A stretch of 64,000 nt of DNA. It comes from Ramazzottius varieornatus. Lineage: Eukaryota; Animalia; Tardigrada. Below the pieces are notes generated by a model. That model was given only the letters and a program-made list of their open reading frames with translations. It was not told the DNA's origin and did no database searches. This document shows, in pieces, positions 1 through 11,057 of this stretch. Positions within the stretch are counted from its first letter, which is position 1. Every line of letters begins with the position of its first letter. The position numbers and the translations under genes were made by a program. The DNA lies in assembly GCA_001949185.1 (NCBI GenBank), contig BDGG01000002.1, positions 3,097,826 to 3,161,825 of the forward strand, read 5' to 3'.

Positions 1-177
1 AAAATCTGCCACTGCTGGGCAATTGATCGCACCCGGAAGGAGGAGTAGATAGAGTCGATCGATACTGACAAACCTCAACAACCTTAGTACAGCTGATCGG
101 TACTTTTATCTTTTAATGACATAATCTTTTTGGTGGATGCGGAATTGTGGACCATGCGATACACAGTACATTCTGTA

Positions 178-341
178 CACGCGCCTGGCCTAAATGTGGG
201 GATGGACAAAAATGTGGGGAACGGCGCGAAAGCGGCACGAGTGAGCTGAGGTTGACCAATCAATTAAATCAATCGGAGCACAGCCGCTTTCGCTCCGTTC
301 CCCACATTTTTGTCCATCCCCACATTTGGGTCAGGCGCGTG
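178..341. mobile_element. TA-flanked MITE (Tc1/mariner/pogo-type), ~60-bp inverted arms
   Basis: TA|CACGCGCCTGGCCTAAATGTGGGGATGGACAAAAATGTGGGGAACGG at the left end is mirrored by CCGTTCCCCACATTTTTGTCCATCCCCACATTTGGGTCAGGCGCGTG|TA at the right end; TA at 176-177 and 342-343. Confidence 0.85.
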
Positions 342-873
342 TACCCCTTCAAATTTGAACTAACCGTGCACTGTTAATTCAAAAGGCGGATTGAGTGTCT
401 AGCCCGGACAGGTGGTGCAAAAGTGTCAGATCTATCAATAGTGTCAGGAAACGAGTTCATCGCAGATAATAGGTTCGTAAGTATGACAAACACAGGCAGA
501 CTAGTAAGAGCGTGCAAGGGGAAATGAAAAACCATAGACATGCAAAAGTGTCCGCTTGTCGGTCCATCGTCCTTCGATTCTTGCTTGATTGGGGAGTCAC
601 CTGATTTTTAACCCCTAAGGTCGATACGCTCCAAGCAATACCGTCACTGAGCAGCTGGCTCCATCTAAATCTAATTACTTATTCATACGAAGGTTGAGAG
701 GCCATAGCGTTTACCTTTACCTTCGCCTTTACCGGAAGCTCGAGTAGGTCTTTGGCGGGCATGGATTGCTTAGGCGCTACCGGCGTTAAATCCCAGCTGG
801 TTAAGCACCTTCGGTTATTGGCTGTCGTTCATTAGTTGAATGCAAAAGAGCCGAACTTCGCTAAACTTCGACA

Positions 874-1938
874 ATGCCGAATTTGACTGTATCACAGCTG
901 TCCGTGGACACCGTAACAAATTCGACAGTTTTCGGGTCGGTAACATCGGCGCTCTCAAGTTGGATCCTTGCAGTTTTGATTGCTCTCATGTTTGTCACGA
1001 TATCGGCAAATTTTCTCATCCTTCTCGTCTTCGTGAAGAACAGTCGTCTACGCAATCCCTTCAATACTTACCTGTTCAGTCTCGCTTTCAGCGACCTTCT
1101 GGTTGGGATATTCGCCATGCCGTTCTACACAGCTTACTTGCACGCAGGAGGAACCTTGAATACACTTCACTGTTCGATATGGATGTTCTTCGATTACTTC
1201 GCGACGGAAATTAGCTTATGGACCTTGGCTGTGATTTCTCTCGATCGTGTCTGGGCGGTTACTTGGCCTGTCTCCTACAGAAAGCACAACACCACAGTCA
1301 AGAGCCTGAGTCTCCTTGGGACTGCGTGGGTCCTCGCATTCTGTGTCGTACTTCCGGGTTTCCTCACAACCCGCAATCTGAATATGGATAAGTTAACAAC
1401 GAATGTCACAGGATATAGTGACCAGTGTAGTTGGGATATCGAAGGTATGCCATTGTGGGCTGCCTCTATCAATGTGATTGCCCTCAATGACTTCACTCCG
1501 TGTTTGCTCACCGTCCTATGTTACATCATTACTGTGGCGAAGATTTTTCAAATGAGCCGGATGCGAACAAGAGTTGTGGTAGGACCAAGTGATAACGCTC
1601 AGCAGGCCGGGCCGAAGAGATCTTCGAGGAGCGAAAAGAAAGAAAAGCAGGCATTCTTTCTGCTGACATTGCTCATCTGTTCCATCATCGTTATGTGGAC
1701 ACCGTGGTTCTTCTACTTTCTTTGGACCCTGGCTACCGGAAAATGGAACGACACAGGAGCAACAGTAACGTACTGGTTGGCGTACTCCATGTCAACAGTT
1801 AACCCTTTGCTGTTCAATGTGGCAAACGATGATGTCCATTCGGCAATCAGAGAGCTGTTTGGGTTGGGGTCAAAACGACGACCGGTGGGACCACCCAATA
1901 TTAATGACATCGAGATCGAAACAGTCCACGCCAGCTAG
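874..1938 (+). CDS. Intronless class A (rhodopsin-like) GPCR, biogenic-amine-receptor-like
   Basis: 354-aa ORF with 7 hydrophobic segments, N-terminal NxT sites, TM1 N, TM2 SLAFSD, TM3 C...FFDY (Asp at the amine-binding position 3.32), DRV (DRY variant), TM6 WTP and TM7 NPLLF. Confidence 0.93.
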   Translation: MPNLTVSQLSVDTVTNSTVFGSVTSALSSWILAVLIALMFVTISANFLILLVFVKNSRLRNPFNTYLFSLAFSDLLVGIFAMPFYTAYLHAGGTLNTLHCSIWMFFDYFATEISLWTLAVISLDRVWAVTWPVSYRKHNTTVKSLSLLGTAWVLAFCVVLPGFLTTRNLNMDKLTTNVTGYSDQCSWDIEGMPLWAASINVIALNDFTPCLLTVLCYIITVAKIFQMSRMRTRVVVGPSDNAQQAGPKRSSRSEKKEKQAFFLLTLLICSIIVMWTPWFFYFLWTLATGKWNDTGATVTYWLAYSMSTVNPLLFNVANDDVHSAIRELFGLGSKRRPVGPPNINDIEIETVHAS

Positions 1939-2428
1939 TTCCTGACCTTTATTGGGGCAACAGATGGGAACCGAATCTTCAGGTTGAGCACATCAATGTG
2001 ATCAACCAAGATCTAGCAATTAGCCATCCAAAGGCCGGTCATCCATCTCAGGCCAAGTAGTTCATGGCCAAGTATTCAAATTTCCTTGCCTCCACACCCA
2101 AGTGTTTTCAAAGCTGGTTCGCTGTGTACATATTTTCCTGACAGCCCGAGAAGGAGCGTTATGTCCTGTTTGCTGATTCTGTATCCGGTAAATAAGGCAT
2201 CACGCGACCGAATAAATTATCGCCTGAGGTAGAGCAATTTGGAATAGTTTTACCTTTCCGGCATCTCGTAGCCCTGTAGCAAGGGATAACCCTCAGAGGA
2301 TGAATTTTCGGTGACGCTGAAGCTCTTGCGAATCACAGGAAGTTGCAGCAGGCAAAAGTCGACCTGGTACTTCTCGCCAGTGTTTTTCTGTTCAGCTATC
2401 AACCGAAACTAAGATTATTTGCAGCTCC

Positions 2429-2949
2429 ATGGCAAACTCAAATGTGTCGCTACTGGGGATCTCAAATGATCTAACCAACGCAACAACGAATGGCTCTCAG
2501 ACATTCGCGCTACTTTGGGCGATGGTTGTGATCTCGTTTCTGATTTTCGTTACTGTACTGTCCAACTCTTTGATCATTCTGGTCTTATTGAAGAATCGTC
2601 TTTTACGTAGTCCATTCAACATGTGCCTGTTGAGTCTTTCTGTGGCCGGCTTTCTTACTGTTGACTTTACTCATCTGCGCCATTGTCATCTGCTGGACCC
2701 CGTGGTTCCTTTACTTCATTTGGAACGTGACGACCTCGCTGTGGAACGAAACGGGGTCGGAGGTAACCTATTGGCTGAGCTATTGCCATGTCAGCTGTCA
2801 ACCCTTTCCTGTTTAATGTGGCCAACAACGACATTCGCCTCGCCATTCGGCGGCTGATGGGATGGACACCCAGGGACATCCGAAGGAGACGCCAAGCTTC
2901 GCAATTTAGTACTAGGCATAAAAATGCAGTGTCCGTTCGTCCTTCATAA
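2429..2949 (+). pseudogene. Tandem paralogue of the 874-1938 GPCR with internal deletion and frameshifts
   Basis: N-terminus to TM2 (KNRLLRSPFNMCLLSLSVA) is joined out of frame at ~2650 to TM6-TM7 (AFLLLTLLICAIVICWTPWFLYFIWN...VTYWLSY / MSAVNPFLFNVANNDIRLAIR). TM3-TM5 are absent and there is a second frameshift near 2785. Confidence 0.88.
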
Positions 2950-3799
2950 ATTCAGGAAGCTTGGTTGCCGCATCATCCTCTAAGAATGGTGTTTACACAG
3001 CATGCACATTCTGGAAGATCATTCACACGACCAGGACAACCGATCGATTGTTCGTACTAATGTGCAAATCTTGAACGCTGCAGATCCTTCTTTCGCTTCA
3101 GAATTTGGGATAAGGTACTTTCGAATAGAATCAGAAAGTGGCTCAAAGTAACAGGTCTGCGGCGAGAGTGGCTGTTGGCACAGTTAGGTCCGATCGTGCT
3201 GCAGATGGCGCGACGCTAGTTGGATGATTTATAAACGTTGCATCAGTATAAGCTAAACCTTGCCCTTTGCTTCCATCAGATCAAAACAGATAGCTTTCAT
3301 TACTGTAAACAATCAGATACATCAAACGGCACACACATGCCGTGTAGTAGAATTCGCAGCGGAGGGCCAACGGACAAGAGGGCCAACCCCAAGCTCAACT
3401 TCCTGCACGACCTACGCGTGGTGATAGAAGTTTAGAAACTAGTGATTCTGACCACTGGAAAGGCCCAGCGGCAGCGAGGAAACCCAGGCGAGAAACATTA
3501 ATACAAGGAAAACAAATCGGACTTTTAGACAAGTCCCTTAACCCCAAAGCCACCATCGGGCTGTCGAGTTGGCATTCGGGGAAGGACAAGTTTGTCTTCT
3601 GATTACAGTGGCTTGGTAAAAATGAGTAGATCCAAATTTCTCACTTCCTTGTTCCTGTTCCCCGGATCGGTGACGGTAATTTGAGATGAAATTGCTTTAA
3701 TGAGACGTTTTGCTCGGAAAAGGATCGCTGTGAGATATGACGTACAGTAAGATTCTCTTTTTTCGCGAGAACTCCGAATCCTCCTTTTCTGACGTGATG

Positions 3800-4162
3800 T
3801 TGTAGAGAAAAATCAGGACTATCGAATGGTACCAACTGTCACGAAATGACATGACTAGATTTGGAGAAACGAATTTCCAAAATTTTCACCTCTACAGGAT
3901 TGTAGAATGGGCAATTCCACCCACCTTTTACGGCTTCTTTAGCGTCACGCATGGCGTCATCGCACGCGTGAAGTCTGACCCGGTACAGACATCAGTTCCC
4001 ACCCACTCCCTAGGAGATGCTTCGCGCGTACGCTGACGTCATGCGTAGTCTATAAAGTAGTGGAATACTGGATCCCGATCTTCTTCCTTTCATAACTTTT
4101 CTACTGGTTGTCGGACAGGACTTTTTTTACGCATGTTCGATAGCCCATTAAACTCTCTACAA
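3800..4162. repeat. Degenerate foldback-type non-autonomous element relic
   Basis: TTGTAGAGAAAATCAGGACTATCGAA (3800-3826) is an imperfect inverted match to TTCGATAGCCCATTAAACTCTCTACAA (~4136-4162). GACGTCA-like motifs lie inside. True ends are not defined. Confidence 0.4.
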
Positions 4163-4825
4163 ACCTATACGAGCACGGTCAGTTGAATACCTGAACGCAA
4201 AATCTAAAAATGCATCTCCTGACCAACTTGAATTTCGTTGAAAAAAGGGAATCTCATTTGACGAAACCCATATCGTTTCATCGAGAAAAATCTGTTCTTC
4301 AAACGGGTCTGATTTCCTAACGGGTCATGCGCTAATTTGCCACCTAGCCCCTAAACACGTGTGACCAGCCTGATCAAGCAGAAGACAACCTCCGTCTGTG
4401 GCAATTGCAGTTCATTTAATTTCAGCCAGACGGCGAGAGGCGAACTGGCATTACATTGCAAGAATTTTGGAGACGCCGAGGAGGTTCGAGGTACGGAGCC
4501 ACAAAGTGTACGTATTTCCAGTGTATCTCTGTAGAAGGTAATTATTCTGTTCATCATGGGCGACTACCTCAGGTGGTAATTTCAGCGCACGAAGCACACT
4601 CTTCCACCTCTTTCGCGGAATCTACGCAAAACGATCACTCCTGTGGAATGCTTATGAATGACCCTCTTGCAGGCAGTTACGGACGCAGAAGATGGTTAGA
4701 GCTGGCGTGCTGGGAGGAACAAGCGGATGCAGATAAACGAGATGCCGAGTCCATCGGAGCTTTTCGACTCACGATTTCGCGACTTCTTAGGATGGTCTGC
4801 TTTACGACATACCTAAGAGATCAAT

Positions 4826-6302
4826 CTATTGTCTATACACTCCTGAAAATGAGAAACAAGAGCCATTTGTTGCTGAAGGCAATCGTGTCTTTACTGATGA
4901 CAAAATTCTAGCTGGATTGTAAAACTTCGGGGAAGAGCTCAGGATGTCTCTTCCGGTACTCGGCCGTGTTTCGGTATCTGGGGGTGCCGGGGATCGTTCA
5001 ATCTTAGCAATATCTAGTGCTTTTAGTCTTCTTCTGACTGAATTTTCTGACAAACTGGCAATTTTGTTCTCTCGTAAGAACAGAGCGATCTTCACAGAGC
5101 TCGTGGAATGGAATTCCGCAACGTACCGACGTATTGCCTCGTCAGCCACAGTAGCTTTAGGTTTCGGTCCAAGCTTCTTTCTTACCTTTGGCACCAGCAG
5201 CTCACCTACAAGGCGAGAAACAAACCGGTAACTCGGAAACCGAAATCGACCAGGTCGCTTTCCCAAGCGACGCACACTTCCAGTAAATATCTCAATAGAC
5301 ATGCGCCACTTGAGAGAACAATCCTGTCGAGGTTCTCAAGTGGCGCAGCGTTCCAGCTAGTCACACGGTAAAAGCACACCACTTGAGAAAACGACCTGTG
5401 AGAATCTGACCGCGGAGTCGGCCTCCATTTACGTTATCTGGAATCTGGAATCTAAATAATTTGGGACATTGTCCATCGTTTTTACCTGTGACACAGCTGG
5501 TTTTACTCCGGACATCATGCACCCAGTTGGAGCTCCGATCGAAGATCTGCCCGATCTCTTTTATCGTATGCTTCTTGGTGGCTTTCAACCGATGAACAGC
5601 CAGACACACCAAAGGTTCGTCTTCCAGATGGAGCAGCTTTTTCCCGGGACCAGATTTCGTCTCCCTTCTCGTTTTAGGCTTGCCATTGCTCTTCAGTGCA
5701 CTTTTCTTCTCAAGATCCACCGTTCTGGGGGAACTGGCCTTTTCCTGCTGCGTACCGTCGTTTTTATCAACGCACATACTTCTAAGCACAGTAAGAGGTA
5801 GTGCTCCAGCACATGTCCTTCTAGGAGGATAATCTTCGAGATAAGTGTCAGTGTACATACTCCTAGGGTTAATTTTTGGCGTCACCACAGCCAGTTTCAG
5901 TTCGTTCGCCGACTCGTCCGAAGTGTTATCATCAGTGTCACTGCTGTCGCTTTCTTCGTCGGAACTGCTAGTATCCTCCGGGCTGATAGATGCTTCGGAA
6001 CCAAAAGCGGGTGCAACAGCTGGCACACTGCTCAGCTGTTTGGCCTCCTCCAAAGGAACGTCACTTGCTTCTCCCTCTTGCACCGGTTGTGATTGAGTGG
6101 GCTCAAACGTAATTTTCTCTGGCTCCGAGATGCTTTCATTCATAGGTATCGTCACGAATCCGTCGATGGAGACGACCTTGTACGGCTTCCATACTTTTTT
6201 CATGATGATCGGGTTTGGCTTCATCTGCTTGACAGCGCTGTTGGACGTCCGAGGAGATATCCCCTTCTTGACTTTGACTTTCTCTTCCAGTGGAACATCC
6301 AT
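4826..6302 (-). CDS. Transposase-derived bipartite HTH protein, paralogue A (coding exons 6302-5486 and 5205-4826; ~398 aa)
   Basis: A phase-1 GT-AG intron joins CLAVHRLKATKKHTIKEIGQIFDRSSNWVHDV...TSCVTG to ELLVPKVRKKLGPKPK...ADEAIRRYVAEFHSTSSVKIALFL...LSENSVRRRL. This resembles the HTH-linker-HTH DNA-binding region of Tc1 transposases. The N-terminus is acidic/Ser-rich and Lys-rich; no DDE domain is present. A likely 5'UTR intron spans 6406-6335. Confidence 0.78.
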
Positions 6303-6471
6303 ACTGTTACGTAATGTGCGAACTTCCACGTAACCTGCAAAGACAGTACAGGCGGAACAGATGATGGAAATATGGAGAGGAACAAAAGCAGAAAACCCCT
6401 ACTCACAAACACTGAAGAGCTGCAGTACTAGTGCTGGCAACGATACGGTATACCGATATCGCATCGAAATA

Positions 6472-7744
6472 TCAGGTGATAAGGTATGACTTGTCGGCCA
6501 CCAACATAAAATTTTATTACAACTTTCCCCAGTTTGAATCTAATCCTTTTCAATTGAAGTATTCACCATTACTATCGACACACTTTTGCCATTTTTCCGG
6601 TAGACAAGATAGGCCTTTACGGAAGAACTCGAGAGAAAGAGAACCGGCGAAGTTCTCGAAGGCATTCTTCACAGCTTCTTCGGAATTAAGTTTTCTTCCT
6701 CTCAAAAAGTTATCAAGATTCAAAACGAAGTGATAATCTGTTGGGGCTAAGTCAGGACTGTATGGTGGATGAGGAAGAGTTTCCAGACCGAGCTCGCGTA
6801 ATCTGGCAGAAGTCTTTTTCGCGGAGTGAGCTTTTGCGTTGTCGTGTAGCAGCAGGGGCTTGTCACGATTGACCAACTGTGGTTGCTTGACGGTCAACTT
6901 CTTCATCATTTCCTCCAGTTTCAGAGAGTAGTAGTCTGCTACTATTGTTTTGCCAGGAGGAAGAACGTCATAGTGCACTATCCCTTCCATTGTCCACCAA
7001 ACAGTAACCATGACCTTGCGTTGGTGAAGCTCAGGCTTTGGAATAGTTTTCGGGACTTCACCTGGGCTCAAAGTTACCTTCTTCCGCTTCCGGTTGTTGT
7101 AAAGAATTCACTTCTTATCACACGTAACAATTCGATGCAGGAAAGGTTCGTTTCTGGAACGGTTGAGGAGATAAAGACACACGTCCACACGATGCCTTTT
7201 CTAAGTTCATGATGTACCCACTTTTCCAACTTTTCCACCTTACCGATCTGACGAAGGTGCAAATTGATAGTCACGGGTGATACGTTGAAGTGTTGAGACA
7301 ATACGGCAGACGTTTGGGAAGGATCGGACTCCATCAGCTTTCTCAGCTCGTCGTTGTTCACTTTCAGTTTTGGCCTTCCGTGAGGGTGATCTTCGAGACT
7401 GAAATCTCCCGAACGGAAACGAGCATACCATCGTTCCACCGTACGTTCGTTAGTGGCGTCTTCACCAAACACATTGTTGATATTCCGGGCTGTTTGTGCT
7501 GCGTTGGTGCCGCGACGAAATTCATACTCGAAAATAGTCCGTAACTTGCTCTTGTCCATGGGCGCGCCAATAACTTCACAGAGAGGGCAGAAGCAACAAA
7601 CTAACATAAACGAAGCAGCGAAAGATAGTAGACGAACACTAGCATCGACAAAAAAAAACGAGACGAACGATCGCGCTAAGAGAGAGATATGGATTTTTCA
7701 ATGTGAGACTGGTGTGAGCCGACAAGTCATACCTTATCACCTGA
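6472..7744 (-). mobile_element. Full-length mariner transposon (~1.27 kb)
   Basis: Perfect TIRs TCAGGTGATAAGGTATGACTTGTCGGC / GCCGACAAGTCATACCTTATCACCTGA, TA duplication at 6470-6471 and 7745-7746, and an internal transposase. Confidence 0.97.
6550..7559 (-). pseudogene. Mariner DD34D transposase pseudogene (Hsmar1/cecropia-like)
   Basis: Motifs YEFRRGTNAAQTARNIN, WVHHEL (WVPHEL variant), IVTCD, HDNA and YSPDLAPTDY. There is a frameshift just after WVHHEL (~7200) and an in-frame TGA in CDKK*ILY. Confidence 0.95.
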
Positions 7745-8462
7745 TATATCGAATCTTTGCGATAAAATATGCGGCAGATATCGCATCGAAAATATCGATA
7801 TGAAGCTCATATCGAATAACGCAATGAAATATTCGGCGATATCGTATCGCACCATATCGATATATTTTCCACATATCAGTATTTTGCTGAATGGCAAACT
7901 CGCCAGTGATATCTCTTTTACGGAAGGCTAGGGTTGATTTCGAAGACTCGATTTTGGCCATGGTGTACCGAGCACATTCCACCCATTCCGTTCTGGTGCT
8001 AATTGTGTCCAGGTTTCCATGTGTTCGAAGTTTTGGTGTAGTTACGTCTTTGCTGTATCCGACGCTCTCGATCTTACTAGTACTTTATGTGGAAATCGGC
8101 TTCTTGAGTTTTTGGGCCTGAACCAGTGGAATTCCGAAAATATCGATATATCGCTGCGATACGATACCATATATCGAAAATACGGTATCGGAAAAATAAT
8201 GTATCGAAATATCGATATCGAATGAATATCGAAGACCGCACTGAAATATCCGTCGATATTGTATCGAAAAATATCGTACCGAATTTTATCGTATTTTTGC
8301 CAGTGCCATGCAGTACTTCGCCTTGCACAAACTCACTGGAGTGTCGACCGATCGATCAATCGTGATTGTTCAGCAGCATTCAAGCCAATCAATTTTGGTA
8401 GGCGAAGTACAGCAGTACGTCAGTGCTCAGTAGTTCAGTGCTCACGAATGTTTTTATTTTTG

Positions 8463-8630
8463 AAGTGTACTACAAGATAAACCGTTAAAAATGGGTGTTG
8501 GATGGAACCAGATGGATGGAGCCAATGAAATTTGTGCATGAAGCAAAATATAGCTCTCATAGGCCGGGTTGTAAATAACTCCAGTTGCTGCATTGCGCCC
8601 ATTTTTAATGGTTAATTTTGTCACACACTG
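8463..8630. mobile_element. Tc1/mariner-type MITE (~165 bp), copy 1, degenerate
   Basis: Arms AACCGTTAAAAATGGG / CCCATTTTTAATGGTTAATTTTGTCACACACTG|TA; homologous in reverse orientation to 29242-29405. Confidence 0.75.
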
Positions 8631-9376
8631 TATGGCGCACGGACTTACGCGATGACGTCACGTTGTTTCCTAACGTCACTGCGAACTTGTGTTATGAACT
8701 ATTGAACTATTTTTTCAAGCACAAGAACCTTCGCGGATGCGCGGCAAAAAATGGAGAAAAAACATCACCTACAGTAAGCGGATTTGTGCTATTCAAAATT
8801 GTTGTTTCCTCGAAAAATTACGCTAATTTATTTGTTTGGGTTGTGGTAATGCGGAAGATTTAATACATCCGATTTGAGGTTGAATTTCATCTTCTTACTG
8901 TCTACAGTAAGCTGCGTCCGAGCAGAACATGACTTCCGTGGCCTACGTGAGTTGCTCTTGTTATCAGCTTAAGCTCCAGACACGAGTTATAGGCAGCGAA
9001 CCAGTATACTCTACTGTATATTTGACTGTCTTTACCAATACGTTCAGGTCTTCTTATTCCTGTACCAGATGAAAGTTTCACACGCACCACCACTTCGATG
9101 GTCTCATAACGATGATCTGGACATGGTAAGCTACAAACATCCTGCTTCAGTTCTCGATGCCGCGGCTTTTTCCCGTGGTCACCGGTAGGAAGTTTCTAGT
9201 GATTTTAGTCCGTGTGTTCAAAATCCGTTCATTTTTCGATTGTGTGCTCCAATTAAAACTAGACCGTTCCAAACTAAGGAAAGCAAAATGAGAAGGATAA
9301 AAGTTTATTGGGCAGGAAAACACGCAAAACGTACAGAGATGTGATGCGCTTAAAAACATGAGACTAGAAAACCGTA

Positions 9377-10799
9377 TCAGGAAATCATTTTTTTAACAGA
9401 GCCGGGGGGAATAATTTGGTTAACATCTGGTTCCCGAAACTCAGGAAAAAGTTCCGGATGTTTTTTTCGGTAATGAGTGGTGCGGTAGTACCGAACACTG
9501 GTAGGCCCTGGTGGTTTTGGAATTTTGGCGATACCCAGTTCGGATAGCTTCCTTCTGATTTTGCTTTTCGTCACTGTGGCAATGTTATTATTCTTCAAGA
9601 ACTGGACAATCTCCGCCGCGTTGGTGGAGTTAAATTCCACAACGTAACGACGAATTGCTTCGTCCGCTTGAGAACCTAACGTATCCAGTCTGCCCATCTT
9701 CTTTCTCGTCACCGGTAAAAGCATCTCTCCTGCAAACAAAGCACCGCTTGAAGCACCACCGTTAAACAATTCCGTCATGTTATACCCATTCGTCTTCTGG
9801 CATCATCAGACACCAAGAGAGGAGCTGGGCAATCTAAACGTACAAGATCGTTAACTCAAGGTTGGCGCACGCTTCCAGTCAATGACACAAACAACGTGCG
9901 CAACTTGATATGACAGCCTGTGCGCTGTGTTCGCGCAGCTGGACAGCCTCAGCATCCGTTTGTGTCCATCCAGCCATCCGCACACATTGACCGCCAGTGC
10001 CAGAGGAATTTTACGCGGGCTCGGACTTGCGTCATTCATTCGAACACATGCAAACTACAGTAAGTTTACTGCTTACCGGAAGTGACTTTCACTGACCTGT
10101 TATGCAGCTGGTTTTCTTCAGGACTTCGGTCACCCATCGCTTGCGTCGGCCAAAGATCTGACCAATCTCAAAGCGATCATGCTTACCAGCAGCCAAGAGC
10201 CGATGAACAGCCAGGCATATCGCAGGTATTTCCGACAGAAAAACAGCCTTATCCCCGAACTTGCACTTCTTTGCTGGGCCCGTAGGCTCACCCTCCTTCT
10301 TCTTGGGCTTCTTCTTCTTCTTTTCAGGATCGACCTTCTTCTCCGGAGGACGCTTCGCTTTGAACTCCACTCTTACTCCAGGCGTTGGCTTCGCTTTCTC
10401 TTCGGGATTGACTTTTGGTTGGCTTTTTAAGACAGCCTTACTCTTTCTCTTCGCCACAGGTCTCACTTCATGTTTATCGGCATCGCTCTCTTCATCGAAA
10501 CTGTTGAAGTCGTCTTCCGAATCGGAGGAATGAACAGCTGGTAAACCGTTCAGCTTGGCTTCTTTCACAGCAAAACAGCCTGCGTCGTTCTCTTCGAGCG
10601 ACACGACGAATGCTGGTTGCACCGGAAGTGCAATACGTTCAGGATTGACTTCTTCAGGCCTCGACGCGGTTGAGTTGAAGGGCATGGATACAACCGATAC
10701 TTTGTAGGGCTTGGGAGCTTTCCTCTTGACAGTTTTTGGCGTCAGTTGCTTGACAAGAATAATCTTACGAGAAGTCCTTCGCTTGGTGTTCGTCTCCAT
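9377..10799 (-). CDS. Transposase-derived bipartite HTH protein, paralogue B (coding exons 10799-10097 and 9729-9377; ~351 aa)
   Basis: Same intron position and phase as paralogue A (TSCITG^EMLLP). Contains CLAVHRLLAAGKHDRFEIGQIFGRRKRWVTEV and ADEAIRRYVVEFNSTNAAEIVQFL...VTKSKIRRKL, the shared KPYKV motif, an acidic tract and a poly-Lys NLS-like tract. Confidence 0.8.
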
Positions 10800-11057
10800 G
10801 CCAGAATTATTCCCCTTACTGCTTCCGCTACAATAAGTTTCTCTAGGCTCCCTGCAAACAACAGATGTCAGTGAGAACCCAGCTGCATGAGAAGGGTAAG
10901 CAAGAACGCGAGATGTGCTTCGAAGAAGAATTTCTTCTGAAGAATAACTAGAGATGTTCAACAAGAGCAATCAAGCAACAATCAACTCGTTGCATCAAAG
11001 AAAGGTTGGAGTGAACAGAAAGGCCACGTATAACGCGAAGTTAACCGCCGGCGCACT

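Larger units (their letters stand above)
6429..8308. mobile_element. Non-autonomous hAT-type element with 8-bp TSD, interrupted by a mariner
   Basis: Exact TGCAGTAC direct repeats at 6421-6428 and 8309-8316; imperfect 12-bp TIRs (TAGTGCTGGCAA / TTGCCAGTGCCA); dense subterminal ATATCG/CGATAT repeats at both ends. Confidence 0.85.

Noticed and set aside
3538-3560. TTAA-CCCC start resembling a piggyBac end (also at ~608)
   Set aside because: No matching GGG-TTAA right end with TIR similarity was found.
4826-10799. Idea that the Lys/Ser-rich HTH paralogues are Dsup-like DNA-protection proteins
   Set aside because: Only compositional resemblance; no Dsup or HMGN-like motif was recognised, and the conserved part is a folded HTH-like region.
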